From Malacoraja senta (taxonomy: Eukaryota), in assembly GCA_038087875.1 (NCBI GenBank), contig CM075990.1:9302001-9366000 (forward strand): a stretch of DNA of 64,000 nucleotides, read 5' to 3'. Position numbers and translations under genes: made by a program. A model generated the notes under the pieces. It was not told where the DNA came from and did no database searches. It saw only the letters and a program-made list of their open reading frames with translations. Within the stretch, counting starts at the first letter, position 1; each line of letters opens with the position of its first letter. Positions 1 to 13,486 of the stretch are shown piece after piece.

Positions 1-441
<441 letters not shown>

Positions 442-650
442 TTCAGTCATTCAAGATGTTGTTCCAGGTGGAGGGCAAAGGGTGACATGTTTGCTGTTGG
501 ATACAGACTCTCACTATTGTGCTAAAATTATAAAAAATACAAATAAATTGGAAAGAGAGTATGACTCATTTATGTTCATCCAACCAGATAGCTTCCATAT
601 TTCTCATCCTTTCTTTCTAACAAATTGTCCAACTGCTTCATGATTCTTAC

Positions 651-780
651 CTCAAATGCTCCATTGGGAGGATTTTAGATTTGGCATTGACAATTTTTTT
701 TAAAGACGGTCCTAATTGCAGTTCTGTATTTATTGGAGGGAACCCATATCCCATTATATGCTTTCATATCGCTTTCATAT
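651..780 (-). CDS. Candidate coding exon of an unidentified gene
   Basis: Strong donor GAG|GTAAGA at 650. Open frame MGYGFPPINTELQLGPSLKKIVNAKSKILPMEHL from the ATG at 754. The AG acceptor at 781-782 is weak. Confidence 0.25.
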
Positions 781-1018
781 CTATTTTTAAAGCTATGTCC
801 TAAATCCACTTTTTTTTTACACAACTGTCTCTTCTAATTAAGCCATTAACAATTAATGCTTAAACATATTACAATTATCAATGGCAATAAGAACATGAAA
901 CAGCAACAAAAGTCACATGGCTCCCTCATGGGTCAATAAGGTAAAAAAGTTATTCTCCACTTTTTACTAAACTTCATACATTTGAATTTGATTTTATTTT
1001 CAAAATATCTTTGGTATT

Positions 1019-1213
1019 TGTTTTGATATCTATCTGCTTATAAAATAAGTAAACTAGTACATTATATACAGAGAAAGATGGCTGCACACACACTCATATT
1101 GGAATAAAAAACAGGAATGATTTATTTCCAAGTCATAGTTCACTGACTGATTTACTGAGCATGTGCGAGAATTAGTACAGCTCATACGCATAAATTACAT
1201 GGATATCGTCACA
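1019..1213 (-). repeat. 3' LTR (195 bp)
   Basis: Matches 6394-6545 and lies next to the PPT. Confidence 0.93.
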
Positions 1214-1429
1214 TCCTTTCCGTTTTGACATCTTGAGATTACATTTCCAACAATCCAAAAACAAAGTAAACTTAAACACTTTTTTTAATACTAAACCGTA
1301 GTAATATGGTTTAACTTAACAGAATAAAACTGTTCTGTCTTATTTCACAATTTCAATCATAGTCACACTTGTGACATTTCAATAACGTAAACTAATGTTC
1401 ACATGCTTTCTTCTCATAAGCAAGTAGGT

Positions 1430-4400
1430 ACATCACAGCAAAACACTTTTCTGGCGGTCTGACAACTCTACCTGCCCTAGTCTTTGTGATGGTGTTTCTT
1501 TCAGAAATATCTTTCTTTTCAGTAGGTACATTCTATGCATCACTTCTAGTTTCTTCTCTTGTGTCACTGTTTTTGTTTAGATTTCTCCGTGTTAAGTTGC
1601 ATCTTGTTCTGGTGATGCATGCTGTGTTGGTATTTTCCATGTCAGCTGAGGTTGCAAAGGTGTCCCAGTCTTTTCCACGTCTGGTGGTTTCTCTGGAGTT
1701 ATGTGTGGAGGTAGTTCTCCGGTCTCCTTCAGATCCACTTGATTACTTCGGATTAGAAGTCCTGACTCTCTCGACTTCGTATGATCTCTTATCCAGTCGT
1801 CTCTGAACTGTTGCGCTCTGCCATCTCTGCCATATAGGGTTTGAGTCTAATGGCATCACCTTCTTCCAGGATTGGCAGATCCTTGGCATGTCGGTTGTAG
1901 ATTTTTGACTGTTTTCCTTGCAAATCCTTCATCTTTTTCCTCTCTTCTGTGAGTCTCAGCACCACGTAGTTTGAGGAGGTTAGATGTAGTTGGAAGTGTC
2001 ATCCTTGTTCTCCTACAATGTAGTCTTTGTGCAGGACTACTGTTCAATCCTTGCGCATGGGTGTTGTGCAATTCCAGTATTGCCATGTAATCATCTGCCT
2101 TGGAGTGATTGGTTTTCTTCAGCACTCGCTTAGCTCCCTTGACTGCCGATTCCACCTTATCGTTAGCCTGGCTATGTCTTGGAGAAATTGTGTAGTGGTC
2201 AAATTCCCATTTCCTGGTAAATTTGGCAAACTCCTCTGATGAGAACTGTGTCCCGTTGTCGCTTACCACAGTGCTGGGAATTCCGTATCTTGCAAAGTGG
2301 CTCTTGAGTTTCACAATGATTGTCCTGCTGCTCGGGTCGTACAGTCTGGCTATCTCCCAGAAATTATATAGATAGTCCACTGTGATTAAATAGTGCTTTC
2401 CCTCAAGCTCAAACATATTGGTTCCCACTTTCTCCCATGGTCGATCTGGGAGGTCATGGGGCATCAGTGTTTCTTTCTGATTCTGTTGTTCATACGTCCA
2501 GCAGGCTTCACAGTTTGAAATGAACTGTTTCACATCAGGGTTCATTCCGGGCCAGAAAATGCATTCTCTATCTGGTCTGAGGGTTCCTTCCACTCCCAGG
2601 TGAGAGGTGTGGAGTGTCCCCTTCATATCTCAACGTAGAGTGACAGGAATTACAACTCTCTCTCCTCTGAATACTAGGCCGTCTTGCATACTCAATTCGT
2701 CTCTGACGTTGAAGTACGGTTGTGCTGCCTCTGGAACTTCTGCCTTGTGATCTGGCCATCCATTTTGGATTACTCTCTTAACTGTTTGTAGTGTTTCGTC
2801 TTCCCTGGTGTGGTCTTGGATGCGTTTGACCTTGTCCTCTTCCATGCTCAAGGACTCAACTACGTTGACATCAGTGAATCTGATTGATCCTGTGGTGTCA
2901 GGGAGGTATGCTCGGGAGAGCATATCTGCTAGATGCATGTCTTTTCCCTTTACACCCTTGATCTCTATGTCGTAGTGTAGCATCCTTATCATCAAGCCCT
3001 GGAGATGTCTTGGTGCTGTATGCAGAGACTTTTTGACTATGACTTCCAATGGCTTGTGGTCACTCTCAACGATCACTCTCTGTCCATAGGTATACTGATG
3101 GAAGCGCTCGAGTGCAAACACTATTGCTAGTGCCTCCTTTTCGATCTGAGCATGTCTCTGCTCAGTTAGCGTCAATGCTCGACTCACATAGGACATTGGT
3201 TGTCCCTTCTGCATAAGTGTTGCACCTAGACCTGCCTTGATTGCATCACATTGTATGGTCAGCTGTTCGTCTGGTGTGTAGTACGCCAGGATAGGTGCCA
3301 TTGTCAACAGCTCCTTGATCTTTGACATTGCCATGTCATGTTCTGATGACCATTCCCACTCTGCTTCTTTGTAGGTCAATCTCCTCAAAGGCTCAAATGT
3401 GTCTGACAACCTTGGCATCCGGTTTAGGCCACAATCTGTAATTATATGTCCTAGAAATGTGATACACGTACCGACTTCTTTCGGTTCAGCTTGATGCTTC
3501 TGTCTCTGTATCGCTGAAGAAGATCTTGCAGTCTTGCATCGTGATTTCCTTCTGCATCTTCTCTGGTGTCCCCTACTCCGAATAGGATGATGTCATCTGC
3601 AACACATTCCACTCCCTTTAATCCTTCTAGGGCTTGTTGCAGCTTCTTCTGGAAGATCTCTAGACTTACTTTCAGTCCAAATGGCAACCTCTTCCAGCGA
3701 TATCTCCCAAAAGGGGTGTTCATGGTTGTTAGGAAACTGCTCTAGTTCGCAGTGGAGATATCCTGACTTCAGATTGAATTTGGAGAAAATCTTCGCCTTG
3801 GACAGCTCAGGGAGTACATCCTCTATGACTGGTAGTCTGTGGATCTCCCTTTTCAGGACTTTGTTGAGGGGTCTAGGATCTATGCAGAACCTCAACTTTG
3901 TGCTGTCCTTTTTCTCCGTAACGACCTGCTTGCTACACCATTCAGTTGGTTCTTCGACTTTAGACAAGATGTCCTGTTCGACCAGCTTCATGAGACCATT
4001 CATGACCTTCTCTTTCATGGCTACAGGTACCGGCTATGCCGAACACTGTGATGGGGTCACATCCTCCGTCCTGGTTACCAACTTGACCATGCCGGGCAGT
4101 CTCCCAGGTCTTTCGTCGTCAAAGACATCTTTGTATCTCCTGAGTAATGAGCCAGCCTCGCTAACAGCATTCAGGCTCTTGAAGTTCTCCTAGTTCGCGG
4201 CCAGATTTGAATTTTTTGAAATAATCGCCGGAACCACTTTCGACCATTAGGGAGACTGACAAAAACCTCCAGGAACCGCACGGAAACCTTGGGTGGGGCG
4301 CAAAGTCTCCATAGGTTTCCGTTCAGGTTTCCTAAGTGGGACAGGGACATTAAGGTGATTTTCTCTCGTCTAATGTCCTCTTTGTTGGGTACAAAATGCT

Positions 4401-4497
4401 TGGGAATCACATTAACACTGGCACCAGAGTCAATCTGAAACTTGATGGCTGCTGTGCCGACCTGCACATCAGCGAATAGGCTTCAAGAGGAATTGTT
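1430..4497 (-). pseudogene. pol: Gypsy pol (protease, RT, RNase H, integrase), disrupted
   Basis: Protease IDSGAS; RT LPFGL and VADDII; RNase H QCDA, IEKEALA and SDHKPL; integrase H-x3-H...CEAC, VDY, SDNG and VESAV. Confidence 0.95.
4191..4350. mobile_element. One-ended PIF/Harbinger-type MITE fragment inside the Gypsy protease
   Basis: Ends in CCTAAGTGGGACAGGGACA-TTAA, the same TIR core as the MITE at 15786-16224. The Gypsy frame resumes at 4190. Confidence 0.7.
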
Positions 4498-5245
4498 ATA
4501 CAATACAATACCGTTTATTGTCATTTGAACCTCAAATGAAGTTCAAACAAAATTTGGTTTCTGCAGTCATACAACCAGTAAAAAAAAAGACACACAATTA
4601 ACACAAACATCCATCACAGTGAATCTCCTCCTCACTGTGATGAAAGGCAAAGTCATTGTCTCTCCCCTGTTTTCCATTCTTCTCCCGATGTAAAAGCCCC
4701 CGGCGGGCGATGGCAAGTCCCGCGGCCCTTAAAGCCGCGCCGGGCGATGTAATGCCTTGCTCCAGGTCGTTTTCAACCCCGCAATTCGGGCGGGAGAAGT
4801 TACCATTGCGGGAGCTCCGAAAAGCGGTCTCCCACCAGGGACCAGCGAGTTCCCGATGTCACCGTCCACCAGGCCTGCGGCTGGAGCATCCGAAGCTCCG
4901 AAGTCGGGTAGCAGCTGCGCGCCACCACAGCTCTCTCCACGCTCCGAACCCGGCCAGCTCCACGATGGTGAGTCCACGGGCTCCGTGACTCACCCCAGGC
5001 CGATTCCGGTTGGAGGCCGCTCCACAGTGCTAGGCCCCAACAACAACGCAGACCCGACAGGGAAAAGGTCGGGTCCTCCGTACAGGGAAGAGATTTAAAA
5101 GTCCCCCCCCCCCCGCCCCCCACATATACACAGCTAAAAACAATATATAAACTACAACCAAACTATACACTCAAAAGGACAATTTTTTTTTTTTTTAAAC
5201 AGACGGACTGCAGAGGCCGCTGCCGCGAGGCGCCACCATGTTTCC
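4498..5245 (-). mobile_element. Non-autonomous non-LTR retroposon (GC-rich 5' part, LINE-type 3' tail) between gag and protease
   Basis: On the minus strand it begins GGAAACATGGTGGCGCC and ends AATAAA plus (GTATT)n. It has no coding homology and interrupts the Gypsy frame. Confidence 0.7.
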
Positions 5246-6119
5246 GGTTGCATTGATCTCAATGCAACTCGCCGACCCTGTGTCAGAAATGGACGTTGTG
5301 TCAGATGTCTCTACGACTTTGTGCAGGCCCCGTTTCTGCATGCTCTCCTTCCTCTGCTTGCAGCAGCAGGCAAAGTGGTTTTGACGTCCGCATCTGTTGC
5401 AGTCCTTCCCATACGCTGGGCATTCCACCTTCCTATGCTTGTGCGTCCTTGCACAGAACTTGCACTTTACTTGTCCCTGATTGTTCCTCTGCGAAGGAAA
5501 ATCAACCATCCTTTCCCTTGGTTTGCATCGTTCCACCTTGTCTATTGTCGGCTCTTCGCCGATGACCTGCATTCTTGCCGCTGTTACCTCCGAGGATCTA
5601 CATATGTCCGCAGTCCCCTGCAGTGTCAGATTCCTCTTTTGAAGGAGTGTCTTCATAGTTGACCAGTCTGCAATACCATTGACGATGTGATCTCGAATGA
5701 GGCTTTCTCTCAGGCACTCACAGAAGTTGCATGGTTTAGCAAGCTCCTTCAGCTCTTCAACATACGATTCAATGCTTTCCCCTGATTTCTGGTCTCATTT
5801 ATTGAAAAATAATCTTTCATAGGTTTCATTCATCTCTCCTATGATGATGGTAGACATCTTGTCGATGATGACTTTCACATCTGTCTCATCTGCTACCGTC
5901 TCGAACGTCAGGTCGATTTGCGTCTCGATTCTCACGCCCTCCAGTCCAACTATGCAGTAATACTGCTTTTTGATACTGTTTCTCCTTCTTATCCAGTTCT
6001 GTTATCACTGCATAATTTTCATACATTTGATTAAACATTTTCCATTCTTCCACCCTGTTCTCTTTGAGCTTTAGATTGGGTGGTGGAGCAACATGGAAAG
6101 ATGGACTGGTGTACGCCAT
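5246..6119 (-). pseudogene. gag: Gypsy gag (frameshifted) with CCHC zinc knuckles
   Basis: ORFs 5886-6119 and 5195-5656 contain CKFCARTHKHRKVEC and CNRCGRQNHFACCC. Confidence 0.9.
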
Positions 6120-6393
6120 TTTGAAATATCAGCGAATTCCCTCGCTCTTACTAGCTTATTTTATCTTTAAGCAGACTCTCATAGCATGTCGTTTCAAACT
6201 TCAACTCCCACAGCGCTGATTTACACGCAGCGTCTTATCTTTGTGTGTTCACTGACCTGCATTCATTCATGCATGCAGCTAGTCTGGTCGCTGAGCGTTG
6301 AAACATTGATTCCTGAAAGCTTTTCAAAGCATTTTATCTAATCATCATAGTGTCTATTTGATTCACAAATGTTCACTTTCACCACTGCCAACA

Positions 6394-6545
6394 TGTTTTG
6401 ATATCTGTCTGCTTATAAAATAAGTAAACTAGTACATAATATACATAGAAAGATGGCTGCACACACGCTAATGTTGGATTGATTTACTGAGCATGTGCGA
6501 GAATGAGTACAGCTCATATGCATAAATTACAGGGATATTGTCACA
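6394..6545 (-). repeat. 5' LTR (152 bp, about 43-bp internal deletion relative to the 3' LTR)
   Basis: Matches 1019-1213 and lies next to the PBS. Confidence 0.93.
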
Positions 6546-6801
6546 GTATTAATCGTAAATATCTTTATCAACTATGCGGACTCATCCCTCTGAACGCAGA
6601 CTTCCAAAAATTACTTTGATAAGGAAATTTCTCATTTAAATCCAAAATGACTAACTTCTCATCACTGCAACATATACTTTATTTTCAGCAGCATTCATGT
6701 TCAAGTGATTATTTCCAGTAAACTCCACTGAGTAAAGCACATTCTTATTCAATCCCTCTTACAGGACAACTCCATCATACCTACAATAAAGTTAATACTA
6801 T

Positions 6802-6897
6802 GAAGACAGAAACAAATTGTTGGAGTAACTCAGCTGGCAGGTAGCATCTCTGGAGAGAAGGAATGGGTGACATTTTTGGTCGAGACCCTTCTTTGAG
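6802..6897 (-). mobile_element. Penelope-like terminal repeat fragment (degenerate hammerhead core)
   Basis: Similar to the copies at 22981-23112 and 32452-32551. Confidence 0.7.
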
Positions 6898-7422
6898 GAT
6901 GTTAATTAGTCATGAAGTTGATGAAATCAGTGAGTTCTGCATGGGTGCAGGAGGTAGCACCGATGCAGTCGTCAATGTAGCAGAAAATAAATGTGGTCTG
7001 CATAAAAATAACACCTTTTAACTAAGTTTGTCCATTGCCATGGAACATCTGAAAGTAATACCAGATGCTGGAAATACTTATCAAGTCAGCCTGCATCTGG
7101 AGAAAGAGAATTACGAGTTAACGTTTCAGGTTGATGGCCTTTGTCCAGTATGTGTTATATGCCTATTTAAAACCGTAAGACTTTGAATTCTATCTGTCTA
7201 AATTATACAACATTTATTACACTTTACATACCTCGGCAATCTGTCTGAAGTTAGCAAAGTAAATCAAATGCCATGATTTTAGCATTACCTCATGTAATTC
7301 AAAGTACTTTTCCAAACCATATGTTTAAGCTCCCTCCTACCTTAAGTTTTGAAAGCAAGTTATTTCTCACTCTGACAGAACCTTTCAAACCGACAGTGCT
7401 AGCACCCAGAAGGACAAGACAA

Positions 7423-8495
7423 GGGTGGCACGGCAGCGTCAGAGATCCGGGTTCTATACCAACTACAGGTACTGTCTGTACGGAGTTTGTACGTTCTCCC
7501 CGTGACCGCGTGTATTTTCTCCGAGATCTTCGGTTTCCTCCCACACTCCAAGGACGTACAGGTTTGTAGGTTAATTGGCTTGGTATGTGAAAATTGGCCC
7601 AAATGTGTGTAGGGTGATGTTAATGAGAGTGGAGAGCATAAAGTTCCTCGGTGTGCAAATTACAGACAGCCTCACCTGGTCCAGGAACACCACTGGGACC
7701 GTCAAACGGGCCCATCAGCGACTGCACTTCCTGAGGAAACTAAAACAGGTCTCACTCCCCACCAACATCCTCAGGACTTTCTACAGGGGTACGGTGGAGT
7801 CTGTACTCACGTACTGCATAAATACGTGGTACTCCACCTGCAACTGCTTGGACAGGAAGGCTCTGCAGAGGGTAGTGAGGGGAGCAGAGAGGATCATTGG
7901 CATCTCCCTATCCTCGGTACAAGAACTGTTCTAGAGTCGCTGTCTGAAAAAAGCTCAGAGAATTGCTAAGGACAAACTGCACCCCCTCCACATACACCTG
8001 GATCTCCTGCCATCAGGCAAGAGATATCGCAGCATCAAAGCCCGGACTACAAGACTGCTAAACAGCTTCCTACCATATGCTGTGAGGCTGCTAAACAGTC
8101 TGTACTCACAGTCACCTGATTCTGCGGCTTGGCACGGACACTTTAATAACTGGCACTGGCCACTTTAATAACTGGCACTCCCCACTCAAATCAGCTGCCC
8201 CCGACATGTTTATGATCGGTTTTACTGTATTTTAACGTTGTTGTTTTACCTACTTTTTAACTATTTATACTGTTCCATCAGGGACTGGATTGTTTTTAGT
8301 GTTATTATGTGTGAAATGTTTTAAATTTCATGTGCGATGCCTGGGAAACGTCTTTTCATTTTGCACTGTACAACTGTTGCTTGCAAGATGACAATAAAGG
8401 TTGATTGATTGATGCGTGGACTTGGTGGGCCGAAGGGCCTGTTTCCGCTCTATTTCTCTAAAACTAAAACTAAAAGCTAAACCTAAAACTAAAAC
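7423..8495 (+). mobile_element. HE1/V-SINE-like SINE split by a LINE insertion
   Basis: The 5' part (7423-7625) and 3' part (8413-8495, GGGCCGAAGGGCCTGTTTCC...(CTAAAA)n) align to the intact copy at 55078-55400. Confidence 0.85.
7625..8412 (+). mobile_element. 5'-truncated Rex1/Babar-type LINE
   Basis: RT C-terminus VESIKFLG...QRLHFLRKL...LLPSGKRYRS, followed by AATAAA and a (TTGA)n tail. Confidence 0.85.
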
Positions 8496-9199
8496 ACCAG
8501 CATGGGATTCCACTGACAAGTTTCCAGATTACACATCTTCTTAACTTGGATACATACTTCATCATCTAAGGGTCTAAATCAAATCCCTATCCACCAGCAA
8601 AATCACACAATAAACTGCAGTGGATTGTTACAGCAACTCATCACATTTTGGAAAACACTTAGGGATGGGCTATAAATGTTGGTCATGCCACAAATTAAAT
8701 AAAAACTTTTGCTCATTAAACAACCTCTCGGTAAATTTCCAAAATGGTCTGAAAATAAGCATTAATAAGCATTAAAGATACAACTGGTGGAGAAGGTGAC
8801 AAATATTTGCTTTAACACAGATTTATTCTTACAACCTCGCAACATAATACCAAATTAAGTACCTTATACCAAATTATTTTGGAAGTATAGTCAGTGCTAG
8901 AATGCAGCAGCAAATTTACACAGCAACAAGCAATGCAATGATTCTCTGCAGCTCGACCTCACAGTTAGCATATGCTATATTTGGAAATGGAGACCAGAAT
9001 TGACACCGTCTGCAGACATCCTTACTAATTCACGACAGAAATAAGACATAACCTATTGATGTAATACATTGTACTACTGCAAAAGGTACCCCTCAGTTCC
9101 CAAGTAAATTGTTCCCCTCTCGACTTGCAATCTCATTCTTCTTTCCCCTATCCTGGGAAAAAGTTCATAGAATCGATGTTCGTGGCATCAATTATTTGC

Positions 9200-9830
9200 A
9201 TTTTATATCAATGACTTGGACAACAATGTACAAGGCATGATTAGCAAGCTTGCAGATAACACTAAAATAGGTGGTATCATAGACAGTGAAGATGGTTATC
9301 AAAAATTACAGCGGTATTTTGATAAGCTGGGCAAGTGGCCCGAGGAATGGACACTAGAGTTTCAGTCAAGAGTGATGTGTTGCATTTTGGTAACTCAAAC
9401 CAAGGGCAGGATCTTTACAACAAAAAGTAGAGCCTCGGGGAGCATTGTAGAGCAGAGGGATCTCGGTACAAATAAATAGCTCCTTGAAAGTGACCACAGG
9501 CAGATAGGGTGGTGAAAATGACATTTAGTAAGCTGACCTTCATCTACCAGGCAATAGAGTGTCGAAGTTGGGCCCTTGCGTCACAGTTGAAAAAAATCAT
9601 TGGTGAGGCCACGCTTGGAGTATTTGTTACAGTTTTGGTCACCCTGCGATAAGAAAGATGCAATTATGCTGGAAAGAGTGCAAGAAGTTTTATGAGAATG
9701 TTGTTAGGACTTCAGGGTCTGAGCTCTTGGAAGACGTTGGGCAGGCTAGGACTTTATTTCTTGGAGTGCAGGAAGATGAGGGGTGATCTTATAGAGCTGT
9801 ATAAAATCACAACGGGGATAGGGTGAATAG
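9200..9830 (+). mobile_element. Decayed CR1/HER1-like LINE
   Basis: INDLD...SKLADNTKIGG and EQRDLG motifs. Confidence 0.8.
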
Positions 9831-12356
9831 CAACTTTCTTTTCAACAGACTTGAATGCACATGATTTTTTAATTTTTTGTCTGCAGTGCAAAATTGCTCA
9901 CTTGTTGCCTCAACAATCAAGAACTCAATTTTGCATTTTACATACAATAATTAGATGATCCACTGACATTAAATTAGCTCTAGTGAGTTTCGCTGAAGCC
10001 GCAAACATTATTCTCAGTTGCCCCATCTGACGCAGATCTTGGGTAACATTTGTCCAACGTTGCTTTGGACAACTGTGTAATCATCCGTATTAATACTGTG
10101 TTGACTTGTGAAGTCTAAATAAAAATCAGTAAAAAATAATCAGCTGAATTCCATTGTAGCCATAGGGCACAAATAGATGGCAGATGAGAAGACAAACTAC
10201 TCATTCTTTATAAAATAAACTGTCATGGTAAATCAGAGGAGGTAAATTGCAGATAAAATGCCTGGAGGTTAATATATTTAGCACTTAGCGAGTAAATGTA
10301 GTACATGTCTATTTCTCAGTGTCAATAACGCAATCTACTTGAATTTAACCTGTATAAATAATGACATGTTTATCTGTCTACATTTGAATCACTTCAATAA
10401 AAATAGTATTTTGAAATTGGGATAATATAATAATGATTGCTGAGATAAATTAAAACTTCAGAATGAATAAATGAAAAATTTATGAATCAAACACTTTGGG
10501 CATTGCTTCAAAACTAGACAGTTTTGACCATATTTCTTTGTAATCACCAATTCTAAAGGACTTCGTACTGCAATGTGCTCTTAAATTTGCCTCACAAATA
10601 ATCCAATTCCTGACGTGTTTCAGTTTCTCTTAGGGTTAAATGGAAAATATTTTTTGGAAGGAAGCAAATCTAATTTTGTTAAGTCCATATCCCCGAAAGG
10701 CTGGAAAATAAAAGCTGATTCACATCATAAACCAATGAAGAACTCATGCTTCGATGTACAATGTGATAGGTAGAGCAGATTTGATTATTTTGAGCTGACA
10801 GTGGATCTCAAAGAAATTTACTGTGGAGAGACTGGAAATGGGCAAAGAAATAAGCACCTGCAAAGGAAATAAAGAGTTTATAACGGGGAGAGCACACCCA
10901 AAATATCGTAATCAGCTTTCAATTATTAAAACAGTTGGTTGATCTCCTATATTTTAAAAATGCTTTAATTTAATTTCCATTTGTTTCCCTTCAATTATAA
11001 TATTTGTCAAGAGCATAAGAAAATAAAAGCAGCACTATGTCATGCAGCCACTCCCAACTGCTCCTCCCCTAAATAAGATAATGACTGATCTTCTACTTCA
11101 TTACAACTTTCCTGCACTTAACCGCTTGCCTATTGGTTAACGTAATGTTTAAAAATATTTCCCTTAAAAACCAAAATAATACATGGTCGTAGAGTTTAAT
11201 AAAGTTGAAAACTCATCTTAAATCCAACTGTTTTTCTAAAATACTCATACTATTTATTTCCTCATATTTGTGGTCCAGTGTCAGCCAGTATAGACAGATT
11301 GTGACTAAGGTTTGATGGACACAGTCTCAAAGACATGATAAATGAATATCTGTATTGCTATTTTTTTTTTTAAATGACAAATAACCTCTATTTTTATTTT
11401 ATTTTATCAATGTACCATAAAACAAGGTATTGCGCTAATGTGTAAAGGCATTACTCTTGATATCTTCATAGTGGATTATTTTCTAACCTACCTTTTGGTT
11501 TGAATAACCATTAATAAACGTCCCAGTTAGGCTCTTATTTTAAACAAATAGTAAGGCTGCTTCTTTATGTCCTTCCTACTATCCTTCAGCCTATGCTGCT
11601 TGTCTTCAGCAGGATAAATATATACTACTATTGGAAGTGATCAGCTGACTAACTTCATCACTTGTCATTATCTGCCAGTTAGAAGGAAATAAATTTATTA
11701 GGCACAGCATTAGTTGTTTCATCATTCCGAAAGTCACGTCGGACCACATTCATTAACAGCTTCAAAACAGTCGCAAAAATCTCCCCAGCTAACCCACAGG
11801 TTAATCTATCTTTAATCTATATTTAATTACACAAGCATAATACAGTCCATTAGTGGTACTTAGATGCTAATATTTATGATGGGAAGAGATTGATTAAAAC
11901 CGGTCTTGGTAATCTATTTATGTAACATAGTTTTCATAATAAAATGTATTCCAGTGGTTTATCACACTTCTGTTAAACATTTGTACAATCACCTGAAACT
12001 GCTTCTAAGTCAGACTCCCAAAGAATAGCCATCAATCTACAATGCAAAGCTAAAGTTTACACAATTAATATGAATTTGTTATCTATTTCCTAAACTGTCG
12101 CAAACCAGTAAATTTCATGCAGCAAACGCCAACATATAAATACTTCTCAGGCCAAAAGAAGAAATGGGAAGAATGTTCCAATCCAATGAAAGTTCTGTTC
12201 AATATTAACCAATATCTTTAAAAAGTATGTTTTTTACAGTATCGATAGTATTGCTTGCGGCATCATGTAGCACTCAAATATACCATTGTGTTTTCGTACA
12301 TTATAACACTTTGAAAGTAATTCATTAGCTACAGTGCATTTCAGAAAACCATGAGC

Positions 12357-12590
12357 TCAGTTTAGTTTATTGTCACATGTACCGAGGTTGAGTTTTGTTG
12401 CAATATTAACCAGTCAGTGGAAACTATAAATGATTACAATCGTGCCAAGTGCACAGATACATGTTAAATGAAGTAACATTTGGTGCAATATAAAGTCCAG
12501 TAAAGTCTGATTAAAGATAGTCCGAAGATCTCCAATGAGGTGGATAGTAGCTCAGGACTGCTCTCTAGTTGTTGATAGGATGGTTCAGTT
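12357..12590 (-). mobile_element. LINE 3' UTR remnant
   Basis: Begins with an (AGTTT)n tail and TTTATTGTCAC, like the other LINE 3' ends in the window. Confidence 0.5.
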
Positions 12591-13192
12591 ATTATCTCGG
12601 AGAAGTACATAAAGTGAACTTAGAATGAGAATGTTATCTTAGTTTGGAAGTGCTGTAATGTTACTCAGCAGAATGAAATACATCAGACTCTTCATCCAAT
12701 CGTAGCAGATAATCAATTATTTTGATTTTTAATGTCATTTCCACAAATGATCACATATATTAATAATAATGACAATAATATAGCTTGCATTTAAATAACA
12801 AATGCCACAAAAGAGCAATGTTGAAGAGGTAGGACTTAAAGGTTAAAAGAAAATCAGGATGTCTAGTTTGGGACTTCCAAAACATGGTTACTGAATCTTT
12901 GAAAATCTCAGTTGTGGAAAGAGATTCAAAAAGCACCCAGAGTTGTCAGAATGGAAAGATTCCAGAGTTAGATCAGTTTACAAAGCTCGATGAAGGTTAC
13001 TTAATAAAAAGGTTCAATACATGTTATTCATTGTAAACAAAATGCTGTCATTTTAGATTTCGAAATCAACTATAACTGAAGTTCACGCATCATTTTAAGT
13101 GACTAATATATGTGCAAATTTTCAATACATAATAAAAAAGGTTGAAACAGTGGAAAGCTGTTCTTGCAACACAATAAAATCAGTTGGACTAT

Positions 13193-13293
13193 TGTTAGGT
13201 AGACAAAAAATGCTGGAGAAACTCAGTGGGTGAGGCCGCATCTATGGAGAGAAGGAATAGGCGACATTTCGGGTCAAGACCCTTCTTCAGACT
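13193..13293 (-). mobile_element. Penelope-like terminal repeat with hammerhead-like core
   Basis: Reverse complement reads AGT-CTGAAGA-AGGGTCTTGACCC-GAAATGTC. Confidence 0.75.
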
Positions 13294-13486
13294 GCTTACC
13301 AGATAATACGTTCTTTAAACCATTTACCAGAAAATATGTTCTTTAACTATAATTTTTAACATTGAATTGACCTCATTATGAATGCCCTATAATTAGCTAT
13401 CTTTCCAAGGCTAATTGAAATATACTACTGGGCAGATAAATGAACTATACATAACACAAGTGCTATAAAAGTGATGCCCCATTTTA

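Larger units (their letters stand above)
1019..6545 (-). mobile_element. Full-length, decayed Ty3/Gypsy LTR retrotransposon
   Basis: Two TG...CA LTRs (1019-1213, 6394-6545) and a 5-bp TSD GTATT (1014-1018, 6546-6550). On the minus strand there is a PBS-like TGTTGGCAGTGGT after the 5' LTR and a PPT AAAACGGAAAGGA before the 3' LTR. Domain order is gag-PR-RT-RH-INT. Confidence 0.97.

Noticed and set aside
1486..5662. Plus-strand ORFs, including the hydrophobic 1486-1806 (env-like?)
   Set aside because: They are antisense shadows of Gypsy pol/gag or of the GC-rich insert, and on the wrong strand for env.
9960..10870. Several acceptor-like sites with short open frames
   Set aside because: No convincing matching donors, and such motifs are expected by chance in AT-rich DNA.
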